NCBI RefSeq assembly: GCF_035285525.1
Contig: NZ_JAYKGW010000026.1
Span: forward strand, 1 to 29,921
Source: Okeania sp.
Lineage (GTDB): Bacteria; Cyanobacteriota; Cyanobacteriia; Cyanobacteriales; Microcoleaceae
Direction of reading: 5' to 3'
DNA: 29,921 nucleotides
How positions within the stretch are numbered: the stretch's first letter is position 1; every line of letters starts with the position of its first letter. This document shows, one piece after another, positions 1 through 7,980 of the stretch. A program made the translations under genes and the position numbers. Under the pieces are notes generated by a model that made no database searches, was not told the DNA's origin, and worked only from the letters and a program-made list of their open reading frames with translations.

Positions 1-180
1 TGTAGAGACTACAACTGATGTTGTTGAAGAAAAAGCTGTAGAGACTACAACTGATGTTGTTGAAGAAAAAGCTGTAGAGACTACAACTGATGTTGTTGAA
101 GAAAAATCTGCCGATGCTGCAACTGATGTTGTTGAAGAAAAATCTGCCGATGCTGCAACTGATGTTGTTGAAGAAAAATC
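1..180 (+). repeat. Five tandem 36-bp units lying in-frame inside the TPR-protein ORF (12-aa units VETTTDVVEEKA x3, then ADAATDVVEEKS x2). A degenerate sixth unit follows to about 234.
   Basis: Direct reading: units at 1-36, 37-72, 73-108, 109-144 and 145-180. Period 36 is a multiple of 3. Confidence 0.9.
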
Positions 181-1075
181 TTCAGAAGATACTGTCGCAC
201 CAGCAACTACAACTGATGTGGAGGCTGAAAAATCTGCCGATTTATCTATAGAAAATACTATAATACAAACCCTTCAGACTGGTGTTATTAGTTCCCAAGA
301 TAGCGCTTCTTACTCCCAACAAGAACAAATTCCGTCTCAGGAGGAATATTCGCAAAAAACCATCGATGATTTAACAAAAACACTCCAACAAAATCCTAAT
401 GAACCTCTTCTCTACTATCAGCGAGGTAAAATACTTTCTCAACAGGGAAATTATCAGGAGGCGATCGCTGACTTTACAGAAGGACTTCGACATAATCCCG
501 ATGAAGCTGCCGACTATTTCAATCAACGAGGAGTTGCTCATTCCCGTATAGAAAATTATCAAGAAGCACTTGCTGATTTTACTACTGCGATTAAAATAGA
601 GCCTTCTAATCCTAATTTCTGTCATAACAGAGGACGTCTTTATCATGTTATGAAAGATTACAAACTTGCTATTGCAGATTTTACTGTAGTTATAGAAGCT
701 AACCCTAAAGATGCAGATGCTTATAACAATCGAGGTATTTGTCTTTATGAAATTAAGGAATTTTATGGAGCGATCGCCGATTTTACTGAAGCTATTAAGA
801 TTAATCCTCAAGATGCAGATGCTTATCATAATCGAGGTATTTCTAATTATGAAATAGGGGATTATCAGCAGGCGATAGACGATTATACAGAGGCTATTAA
901 ACTTGAGCCTACAGATGCTAAAACTTATTATAATCGCGGTATGATTCGTTATTTCAATGAAGATTATGAAGGCGGAATAGATGACTTTCAAAAAGCTGCT
1001 GAATTTTATCAACAAAAAGGACAAAATGAGGATTATGAGGAAGTAATGAAAATGATGAATAAATTAAATAAATAA
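2..1075 (+). CDS. TPR-repeat protein, 5'-partial. An acidic tandem-repeat region is followed by about 7 TPR units.
   Basis: Frame 2 has no stop from nt 2, so the GTG at 218 in the ORF track is internal and the gene runs off the left edge. There is a repeated 34-aa pattern A-I-x-D-(F/Y)-T-x-A-I-x-x-x-P-x-x-A-D-A-Y-x-N-R-G. Stop TAA at 1073-1075. Confidence 0.8.
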   Translation, partial: VETTTDVVEEKAVETTTDVVEEKAVETTTDVVEEKSADAATDVVEEKSADAATDVVEEKSSEDTVAPATTTDVEAEKSADLSIENTIIQTLQTGVISSQDSASYSQQEQIPSQEEYSQKTIDDLTKTLQQNPNEPLLYYQRGKILSQQGNYQEAIADFTEGLRHNPDEAADYFNQRGVAHSRIENYQEALADFTTAIKIEPSNPNFCHNRGRLYHVMKDYKLAIADFTVVIEANPKDADAYNNRGICLYEIKEFYGAIADFTEAIKINPQDADAYHNRGISNYEIGDYQQAIDDYTEAIKLEPTDAKTYYNRGMIRYFNEDYEGGIDDFQKAAEFYQQKGQNEDYEEVMKMMNKLNK

Positions 1076-1080
1076 TTAAC

Positions 1081-1157
1081 AATTCAGCAATCAGCAATTT
1101 AGCAAGTCAGCAGTCAGGGAATTTTAACGTAGAATGTCAAAAGCTGATAGCTGAATT
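1081..1157. repeat. Small inverted-repeat element (arms aattcagcaatcagc / gctgatagctgaatt). It belongs to the CAGC/CTGA-rich family also seen at about 26861-26895 and 27225-27262.
   Basis: Arms at 1081-1095 and 1143-1157 are reverse complements with one mismatch. A related motif, ctgactgctaaYagctaaaWgc, recurs twice near 26.9 and 27.2 kb. Confidence 0.5.
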
Positions 1158-1194
1158 AATATCAAATTCGATAGTATCGGTGTAATAAAGAGTC

Positions 1195-1291
1195 AGGACT
1201 TACGCAGAAACCGAGTTTATCAACGAAATCTAGTCGTTTGAACAACAAGATCGCAGTAATAAACCCGGTTTCTTGGTAACATTGCGTAAGG
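1195..1291. repeat. MITE-like palindromic mini-element of the ACTTACGCA...TGCGTAAG family, with an inner inverted repeat (agaaaccgagtttat / ataaacccggtttct).
   Basis: Terminal inverted repeats aggacttacgca (1195-1206) and tgcgtaagg (1283-1291). The same termini occur at 19492-19579 and 19651-19741. Related inner modules occur at 25175-25222 and 25397-25490. Confidence 0.6.
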
Positions 1292-1347
1292 AGATTTGGT
1301 AATAGTTGAAAATAGAACATTTTTTTATACCGAATTAGAGAAAACAC

Positions 1348-1398
1348 GGTAGTATTCCGTAGAATCAAATCCCTGTAGGGATTTGGTCTCCAAACCCT
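1348..1398. repeat. Short dispersed repeat (ggtagtattccgtagaatcaaatccctgtagggatttggtctccaaaccct). An inverted copy lies at 8427-8487.
   Basis: The reverse complement of 8427-8487 (atatcaaatccggtagtatcggtagcattcagtccctataggggtttggtctccaaaccct) aligns with it. A partial copy of the left part is at 1159-1183. Confidence 0.6.
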
Positions 1399-1405
1399 GT
1401 GCAAG

Positions 1406-2239
1406 CTAGGAGTTTTCGCTCTTTATAGTGTTTTCGCTCTTTATAGTTTTCATCACAATTAAATCCATATACCATTGAATTATTGGAGCTAATAAACTAT
1501 GCAACTTCTCTAACAAAGTCATTTCTAAACCTGGAGTAATAACAAAACTATTTTTTCTCATTCCCCGCAATATTTCTCTAGCCATATCTACCGCACTCCA
1601 TAACCCAGAAGTAGCAGTAATATAATTAGTTTCCAAAGGCTTAGTTTTATTCTCTTCCTCTAATTGTGGTGTATCTGTATCTGGAGGATAAACTACAGAA
1701 ACAGAAATTCCAGATAACTTTAACTCTCCCCGTAAAGATTCTGCTAAACCTCTAATCGCAAACTTACTAGGACAATAGGGAGTATAACCATAAATTCCAA
1801 TTAAACCAGCACCAGAAGAAATCATAACTATGTGCCCTTTTTTTTCTGGTTCCATTACTGGCAAAACAGCACGCACAGAATAAAGAGAACCAAAATAATT
1901 AATTGCCATTGTTTGTTCAAATATTTCTATTGGTAACTCCCGAAAATAACCAGGATAAGAAATACCCGCAGCAGTAATTAATAAATCAGGAATACCTACT
2001 TCTTTTGTAGCTTGGTAAATTGCATTTTCTACTTCTAATCTATTAGCAACATCAGCGGAAATAGTAATAATTTTTTGCTCTAGATTAACCACATGAGTAG
2101 TTATTTCAACTTTTGCTACTTCTAATTTTTGAGAATTACGAGCAATAATTGATATATTACTTCCTTCACCAGCTAAAAGTTTAGCTATTTCTTTACCAAT
2201 GCCACTAGAGCCACCTGTAATGATTGCATGTTTCCACAT
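1406..2239 (-). CDS. Short-chain dehydrogenase/reductase, 3-ketodihydrosphingosine reductase (KDSR/FVT1)-like.
   Basis: Rossmann motif [10 protein letters not shown] at the N-terminus. Catalytic Y-x-x-x-K in [15 protein letters not shown]. The segment [20 protein letters not shown] closely resembles, from memory, the KDSR-family segment [20 protein letters not shown]. ATG at 2237-2239, stop TAG at 1406-1408. Confidence 0.85.
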   Translation of the reverse strand: [277 protein letters not shown]

Positions 2240-2267
2240 AAATTTTGAATTTATAGATTATCGGAAA

Positions 2268-2320
2268 CTAAATAGGGTTTGCTGAAAAAAGCAAAGTTGG
2301 GAAAGTGTGGGAAATGTGAG
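2268..2320 (+). repeat. Dispersed repeat family ctaaaTAGGGTTTGCTGAAAAAAGCAnAGTkkGGrA... (short copy).
   Basis: The same core occurs at 4731-4812 and 7973-8052, all in + orientation. It contains a small hairpin, tttgct-gaaaaa-agcaaa. Confidence 0.6.
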
Positions 2321-2651
2321 CATATCAAATCCTGTGCTACTTAAAATGTTAACTTTTGGCAGCTATTCAATAATTAATAATTAACCATTAATTATTATCT
2401 CTTTTTATATAGAAGAGGATTGGGTAAAAGGAATTTTTGTCTTTTTTTGGTAGGCTGGATATGCCCTACTTCAAAGAGCGAGGGCTTTTTCTCCATGAAT
2501 GGAGAGGCTTTATACCTTAATTTTCGGTATCGAAAACCTCGTACTTTTTAAAAGCCTAAAAATATTGCAGAGCGCGAAAAATACTCGCCATCCTCACCCC
2601 ACCTCCCCATTACTTTACTTCCCATTTTACTCAAAAAACCATTACCATGGA

Positions 2652-2975
2652 CTATCCAATGTATTTTTCCACAGTGCTAGCCAGTGTACTTTTAGGAACA
2701 GCACCCACAACCATATCAACTCTCTGTCCTCCCTTAAAAATCATTAAGGTAGGAATACTACGAATCCCATACTGACTTGCTACATTAGGATTTTCGTCCG
2801 TGTTTACTTTAACTACTTTGATTTGTCCTTCAAATTGTTGTGATATTTCTTCAACTACAGGAGCCACCATTTTGCATGGACCGCACCAAGGTGCCCAAAA
2901 ATCTACTAGAACTGGAAGCTCACTCTCAAGCACTTGTTGGTTAAAACTACTATCAGTTACTGTTAATACTGACAT
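2652..2975 (-). CDS. trxA: Thioredoxin (paralog 1 of 3, WCGPCK active site).
   Basis: [34 protein letters not shown]..., typical m-type/TrxA length of 107 aa. The start is chosen at ATG 2973-2975 by alignment with the two paralogs. The 16-codon upstream extension in the ORF track (to 3023) lies in the conserved spacer. Confidence 0.9.
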   Translation of the reverse strand: MSVLTVTDSSFNQQVLESELPVLVDFWAPWCGPCKMVAPVVEEISQQFEGQIKVVKVNTDENPNVASQYGIRSIPTLMIFKGGQRVDMVVGAVPKSTLASTVEKYIG

Positions 2976-3073
2976 TCCTAAGTAATCCTTAATAATATTG
3001 ATTTTTCTTGTGTGTAAATACAATGATTTAAAAACTTTCTATATATTCATTACATTATAAAAAATTGTTAAAT

Positions 3074-3400
3074 CTATTTACTGATGTACTTTTCTACAGT
3101 ATTAGCTAATGTAGTTTTGGGAACAGCACCCACGACCATATCAACTCTTTGTCCTTCCTTAAAAATCATCAAAGTAGGAATACTACGAATTCCATACTGG
3201 CTTGCTACATTAGGATTTTCATCCGTATTCAGCTTCAATACTGTTATTTGTCCTTGATATTGCTTTGCTATTTCTTCAACTACAGGAGCCACCATCCTAC
3301 ATGGACCGCACCAAGGTGCCCAAAAATCTACTAGAACTGGAAGCTCACTCTCAAGCACTTGTTGGTTAAAACTACTATCAGTTACTGTTAATACTGACAT
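3074..3400 (-). CDS. trxA: Thioredoxin (paralog 2 of 3, WCGPCR).
   Basis: 108 aa with the WCGPC motif and the full thioredoxin fold pattern ([11 protein letters not shown]...VGAVPK). ATG at 3398-3400, TAG at 3074-3076. Confidence 0.93.
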   Translation of the reverse strand: MSVLTVTDSSFNQQVLESELPVLVDFWAPWCGPCRMVAPVVEEIAKQYQGQITVLKLNTDENPNVASQYGIRSIPTLMIFKEGQRVDMVVGAVPKTTLANTVEKYISK

Positions 3401-3503
3401 TCCTAAATTATCCCTATAATATTAAATTTTCTTGTGTGTAAATACAGAGAATGATTTAAAAACTTTCTACTTTCTAGATATTCATTAAAAAAGTTTTGTT
3501 CAA

Positions 3504-3833
3504 TCATCCATCCAAATGCTTTTCTAGAGTTTTAGTTAATGTAGTCTTAGGAACAGCACCCACGACCATATCAACTCTTTGACCTGCCTTAAAAATCATC
3601 AAAGTAGGAATACTACGAATTCCATACTGGCTTGCTACATTAGGATTTTCGTCCGTGTTCACTTTAACTACTTTGATTTTTCCTTCATATTGAACTGAGA
3701 TTTCATCGACTACAGGAGTTACCATCCTGCACGGCCCACACCAAGGTGCCCAGAAATCTACTAAAACTGGAAGCTCACTCTCAAGCACTTCTTCCTGGAA
3801 ACTACTATCGGTTACTGGTTCTGCTGCTGACAT
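3504..3833 (-). CDS. trxA: Thioredoxin (paralog 3 of 3, WCGPCR).
   Basis: 109 aa with the WCGPC motif. ATG at 3831-3833, TGA at 3504-3506. Confidence 0.93.
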   Translation of the reverse strand: MSAAEPVTDSSFQEEVLESELPVLVDFWAPWCGPCRMVTPVVDEISVQYEGKIKVVKVNTDENPNVASQYGIRSIPTLMIFKAGQRVDMVVGAVPKTTLTKTLEKHLDG

Positions 3834-4216
3834 TTCTTAATAATCCTTAAATTATTTTTACTTTAGTAAATTAAATTATCCCATTATTTGGTACAGGAGT
3901 TAATCAAATTTTTAAGATACCATATTTTTCTAAACTAGATAGATTTTGAAAAATATCCTAAAGCTATATTTTACAATATACCCATAAATAAGGCATGATA
4001 TTATTTATACAAGGTATCATCTTTTGTATTCTATTCAATCAGAGTATTCATTAATAGGGCAAACTGTGATTAAAGTTTTTTCTGATATTCTCCTCATGTC
4101 GCCATACTGGATGAATTAAGTTTTGTACAATTCCTTCACAGCCAATTTTTTACGCCAAATTAAACGCAATAAAAATATTAAGCTGCAGCAAGATGAGTCC
4201 ATATTATTTAGACTGT

Positions 4217-4249
4217 AAAAACTAACTACATTTCTAAATGTAAAGTTAG
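4217..4249 (-). terminator. Candidate intrinsic terminator of the VOC gene.
   Basis: Hairpin ctaactacattt / aaatgt(aa)agttag at 4222-4249, five nt after the stop. It is followed on the minus strand by TTTTT (plus-strand aaaaa at 4217-4221). Confidence 0.6.
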
Positions 4250-4253
4250 CTGT

Positions 4254-4616
4254 CTAATTATCAACCACGGTTGCTGGTTCATAGAGATATTCAAACCAAT
4301 TGCCGTCTAAGTCCTTACCATAGAAAGAAGCGGTACCATCTCGGTGTTCATGGACTGGAGAGACTGGAATTTCTTGGGCTTTGAGCTGTTCATAGGCCAT
4401 TTCCATCTCTGAGCGATCGCTAAACACAAACCCGAAATGTGGCCCTGCTTGTTCATATCTAGGACTCAAAAGTGCTAGTCCATCATCACCTGCTTTAAGA
4501 TATGCCCAGTCAAAATCTTTCCAAGCCACTTCCATGCCCAGATTTTTATAGAACTCTACTGCTTGGTTAATGTCTTGGACACAGATAGCCACATGGCCTA
4601 ATCTTTTTAATTTCAT
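4254..4616 (-). CDS. VOC-family (glyoxalase / bleomycin-resistance / dioxygenase fold) protein.
   Basis: RLGHVAICVQDINQAVEFYKNLGM... and ...GTASFYGKDLDGNWFEY are typical paired beta-alpha-beta-beta-beta VOC modules. ATG at 4614-4616 is preferred over the TTG at 4625 used by the ORF track. Confidence 0.8.
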   Translation of the reverse strand: MKLKRLGHVAICVQDINQAVEFYKNLGMEVAWKDFDWAYLKAGDDGLALLSPRYEQAGPHFGFVFSDRSEMEMAYEQLKAQEIPVSPVHEHRDGTASFYGKDLDGNWFEYLYEPATVVDN

Positions 4617-4730
4617 AGCTAACAACTATTAAAAACGACCTAAATAAGCAACTAATATTATCATAAAACTTTCACGATCCAGATATGCTTAAAAATACTT
4701 TACTTTTGACTATTGACTTACTAACGACAA

Positions 4731-4812
4731 GTAGGGATTGCTGAAAAAAGCAGAGTGTGGGAGGAGTAGCAAGTGTGGGAAGAGTGGGAAGAGAGAAAGT
4801 AGAATAAATAGT
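4731..4812 (+). repeat. Dispersed repeat, TAGGGaTTGCTGAAAAAAGCAGAGTGTGGGA... family (long copy with a purine-rich tail ...gagagaaagtagaataaatag).
   Basis: Aligns with 7973-8052 over both the head and the tail, and with 2268-2320 over the head. Confidence 0.6.
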
Positions 4813-5081
4813 TTGACCTTGTTCGGCTTTTTTGGGAAAAAAATGTATAAAAAAAACACATTTTCTGGCGATCGCTTAAGTGGTTTTACTTAGCTACTAT
4901 GATATTTTCTTCTTTCTCCCCTGCTGGCTGCTCCCGTCTCCCCACAAGGGTTTCAGGAGTTATGGGTAAGGGATAACTATACTAGATAGGTACTGATAAG
5001 TGATAACTGATAACTGAAATGACCAATAACCCTCTTAATTTGATACCCTAACAAAAATCGTTTTGGGAGTTGGAAAAAGCA

Positions 5082-6245
5082 GTGGATATAATTATTGGAC
5101 GTGGAAAAGTAGCTCGTAGAGCCTACGGAATTGATGAAATAGCTCTAGCCCCTGGGCAAAAGACAATCGATCCAAGTCTAACAGACACTAGATGGAGCAT
5201 TGGTGGTATTGAAAAAGAAATACCAATTATTGCTAGTGCCATGGACGGAGTAGTTGATGTCAAAATGGCCGTTCTTTTATCAGAGCTAGGAGCAATGGGA
5301 GTCCTCAACTTAGAGGGTATTCAAACTCGCTATGCTAATCCAGTACCAATATTAGAAAAAATTAGCTCTGTGGGTAAAGATGAATTTGTGGGTTTAATGC
5401 AGGAACTTTATGCAGCCTCAATCCAGCCAGATTTAATTTCTCAGAGAATTAAAGAAATAAAAAGCCAGGGTGGTATTGCAGCAGTAAGCTTAACTCCTGC
5501 TGGAGCAATGAAATATGGAAAAGTAGTGGCTGATGCTGGTGCAGACCTATTCTTTGTTCAGGCCACAGTTGTGTCCACAGCATTTCAGTCACCTGAATCT
5601 ATGCCTACTCTTGACTTAGTTCAATTTTGTCAAGAAATGCCTATGCCTGTAATTTTGGGTAATTGTGTTACCTATGAAGTGGCTTTAAATTTGATGAAAG
5701 CAGGAGCAGCAGGAGTTCTAGTTGGTATTGGCCCTGGTGCAGCTTGTACATCTCGTGGCGTTTTAGGGGTCGGAGTTCCCCAAGCAACAGCAGTTGCAGA
5801 CTGTGCAGCAGCCCGAAATGATTATTATCAAGTAACTGGAAAATATGTCCCAGTTATTGCTGATGGGGGTTTAGTTACTGGTGGTGATATTTGCAAATGT
5901 ATTGCCTGTGGTGCTGATAGTGTGATGATTGGTTCACCCATCGCTAGGGCCATTGAAGCACCTGGACGTGGTTATCATTGGGGTATGGCTACTCCTAGTC
6001 CAGTATTACCCCGTGGTACTCGGATTCAGGTAGGTACGACTGGAACCATCAAACAAATTATGTGTGGCCCAGCACAATTGGACGATGGTACTCATAATTT
6101 GTTGGGCGCTCTCAAGACTAGCATGGGAACTTTGGGTGCTAGGGACTTGAAAGAAATGCAGCAGGTTGAGGTCGTAATTGCTCCTTCCTTATTAACTGAG
6201 GGTAAGGTTTATCAAAAAGCCCAAAAATTGGGAATGGGTAAGTAG
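5082..6245 (+). CDS. guaB3: GuaB3-family IMP dehydrogenase-related protein (no CBS insert).
   Basis: DIIIGRGKVARRAYGIDEIALAPG at the N-terminus. The IMPDH active-site loop is GIGPGAACTSRGVLGVGVPQATAV and the phosphate-binding segment is IADGGL. The 387-aa length with GTG 5082 matches the family. The ORF track's TTG 5070 is an alternative start. Confidence 0.87.
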   Translation: MDIIIGRGKVARRAYGIDEIALAPGQKTIDPSLTDTRWSIGGIEKEIPIIASAMDGVVDVKMAVLLSELGAMGVLNLEGIQTRYANPVPILEKISSVGKDEFVGLMQELYAASIQPDLISQRIKEIKSQGGIAAVSLTPAGAMKYGKVVADAGADLFFVQATVVSTAFQSPESMPTLDLVQFCQEMPMPVILGNCVTYEVALNLMKAGAAGVLVGIGPGAACTSRGVLGVGVPQATAVADCAAARNDYYQVTGKYVPVIADGGLVTGGDICKCIACGADSVMIGSPIARAIEAPGRGYHWGMATPSPVLPRGTRIQVGTTGTIKQIMCGPAQLDDGTHNLLGALKTSMGTLGARDLKEMQQVEVVIAPSLLTEGKVYQKAQKLGMGK

Positions 6246-6364
6246 ATTTTCCGGCCTAAGAAAACTTTAAGATGTCTCACACCCTTGAGAAAACTTAAAG
6301 TGTGGGTGTTAAAGTTCTAGATTATCCTAGAATTATTTGAAGGAAAATGTCACAATAGAGACAG

Positions 6365-6390
6365 GAAACAAAAAATATATTTTTTGTTTC
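6365..6390. terminator. Perfect 26-nt palindrome gaaacaaaaaatatattttttgtttc. Possible bidirectional hairpin downstream of guaB3.
   Basis: The sequence equals its own reverse complement, verified base by base. Confidence 0.4.
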
Positions 6391-6410
6391 TTTCACTCCT
6401 CACACCACAA

Positions 6411-6446
6411 CCCGCCCGGACCTTTTTAGTTCGGGCGGTTCCTTTA
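6411..6446 (+). terminator. Candidate intrinsic terminator (GC stem ccgcccg / cgggcgg, then a T-rich tail).
   Basis: Stem 6412-6418 pairs with 6432-6438, with a 13-nt loop, followed by ttccttt. Confidence 0.5.
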
Positions 6447-6486
6447 ATCATACATCTCGTAGAACAAAGTGTAATACAAAGTATCA

Positions 6487-6624
6487 ATTCAAAATTCAAA
6501 ATTCAAAAGTAAGACGAAAGTTATAGCAGTCAATAGGATTTAATGATTCAGTAAGTATTTATGCTTAATATGTCACTTTTGATGTATTAAGTCAAAATTC
6601 AAAAGTAAGACGAAAGTTATAGCA
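6487..6624 (+). repeat. Heptamer STRR-like run (TCAAAAT/TCAAAAG) heading a 33-bp direct repeat, tcaaaattcaaaagtaagacgaaagttatagca, present twice.
   Basis: The 33-mer is identical at 6496-6528 and 6592-6624. The heptamer tcaaaat is repeated in tandem at 6489-6510. Confidence 0.85.
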
Positions 6625-6735
6625 TAGGTATAGAATTTCACCAAGTAAAAATTAAATTTATGCAGAGAATCGACTCAGGTGGATGTATAAACTATCAGAA
6701 ATATTCAAAAGTTTAAATTATCTAAACATTACAAT

Positions 6736-7980
6736 ATGACTCAAAAATTAGTGTTAAGAAATCGTCGAAAATCACCTCTTTCCCACTGGCAAAATATAGA
6801 TTTCTCTTTGCTATTGGTATATATAGGAATGACTATCTTTGGCGGAGTTATGATCCAAAGTGTGGAAAGAAATCAGGGTCTAACAGACTGGTTTCAGCAT
6901 TGGCTGACAGGAGGAGTGGGTTTAATTTTAGCCTTAATTATTGCTCGTTTTCGCTATGAAGTCTTGCTTAACTGGAAATGGGTAATTTATGTTTTGACTA
7001 ATATTTGCCTAGTTGCTGTACAGTTTATCGGTACTTCAGCTCTAGGGGCACAACGCTGGATTAATGTTGCAGGCTTCCACGTTCAACCTTCGGAATTTGC
7101 CAAGGTAGGAGTAATTATTACTTTATCAGCAATACTTTCTACTAAAACTAAGGTAAAAATATTTGACTTTTTTAAGGTTCTTATGATTACAGCAGTTCCC
7201 TGGTTATTAGTTTTTTTAGAACCTAATCTGGGTACTTCATTAATATTTGCTGCAATTACTATGGGAATACTTTACTGGGGTAATGTTAATCCTGGATGGT
7301 TAATATTACTTATCTCTCCCATATTCTCAGTTGTTCTTTACAGCGTCTATTTCCCCGTTTGGATTGCCTGGATAAGTCTAATGGCCTTTATCGCTTGGCG
7401 AACTCTACCTTTGGGTTGGTTATGGACACCTATACTGGCCGGAATTAATATTGCTTCTGCAAGTGTAGGACAAATATTATGGGGTTTGCTCAAGGATTAT
7501 CAAAAGGATAGATTAACAGGATTTCTGCACCCGGAACAAGACCCTTTGGGTACAGGATATCATTTGATTCAATCTCGAATTGCTATTGGTTCTGGACAAC
7601 TTTTTGGCAGAGGGTTATATCAAGGTACTCAAACTCAATTGAATTTTATTCCAGAGCAACATACAGATTTTATTTTCTCGGCTATTGGTGAAGAGTTGGG
7701 TTTTGTTGGTTGTGTTCTTGTACTCTTGGCTTTTTGGTTTATATGTATGCGTTTGGTGATTATTGCTCAGATTGCTAAAGATAATTTTGGTTCTTTGCTC
7801 GCTATTGGAGTATTATCAATGGTAATATTCCAAGTTTTTGTGAATATTGGTATGAATATTGGTCTGGCTCCGGTGACTGGTATCCCCCTACCTTTACTTA
7901 GTTATGGGCGATCAGCTTTATTGAGTAATTTTATTGCCCTGGGATTAGTAGAGTCAGTCGCTAATTATAGATCTAAATAG
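6736..7980 (+). CDS. rodA: SEDS-family peptidoglycan polymerase, rod-shape-determining protein RodA type.
   Basis: About 10 predicted TM segments. Signature HLIQSRIAIGSGQLFGRGLYQGTQTQLNFIPEQHTDFIFSAIGEELGFVG matches the FtsW/RodA/SpoVE family and is closest to the RodA pattern (Q-S-x-I-A-I-G-S-G...G-T-Q-x-Q-L). Confidence 0.82.
   Translation: MTQKLVLRNRRKSPLSHWQNIDFSLLLVYIGMTIFGGVMIQSVERNQGLTDWFQHWLTGGVGLILALIIARFRYEVLLNWKWVIYVLTNICLVAVQFIGTSALGAQRWINVAGFHVQPSEFAKVGVIITLSAILSTKTKVKIFDFFKVLMITAVPWLLVFLEPNLGTSLIFAAITMGILYWGNVNPGWLILLISPIFSVVLYSVYFPVWIAWISLMAFIAWRTLPLGWLWTPILAGINIASASVGQILWGLLKDYQKDRLTGFLHPEQDPLGTGYHLIQSRIAIGSGQLFGRGLYQGTQTQLNFIPEQHTDFIFSAIGEELGFVGCVLVLLAFWFICMRLVIIAQIAKDNFGSLLAIGVLSMVIFQVFVNIGMNIGLAPVTGIPLPLLSYGRSALLSNFIALGLVESVANYRSK

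Noticed and set aside
371-1024. 217-aa antisense ORF opposite the TPR gene.
   Set aside because: The plus-strand frame gives a textbook TPR consensus. The antisense product is low-complexity Ile/Phe/Ser-rich, typical of AT-rich shadow frames.
1162-1404. 80-aa ORF. The same reasoning applies to 19830-20030 (66 aa) and 24986-25216 (76 aa).
   Set aside because: All three lie entirely within dispersed or tandem repeat modules. Their peptides (e.g. ...GRGEWHSPST..., ...GQMAIRPYF...) are the usual translations of palindromic repeat cores.
2499-3023. The 82-aa plus-strand ORF (2499-2747) and the 16-codon N-terminal extension of trx copy 1 (2976-3023).
   Set aside because: The plus-strand ORF overlaps the 3' end of trxA antisense and has no recognisable features. 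The extension lies in spacer DNA homologous to the non-coding spacer upstream of copy 2, and the paralogs start at the aligned ATG.
1406-4616. The idea that the SDR, three thioredoxins and the VOC protein form one novel redox operon or system.
   Set aside because: They share only strand and adjacency. They are separated by 100-420-bp AT-rich spacers with repeats and by a terminator-like hairpin after the VOC gene, and each trx copy has its own conserved upstream region. There is no sequence evidence for co-transcription or functional coupling.
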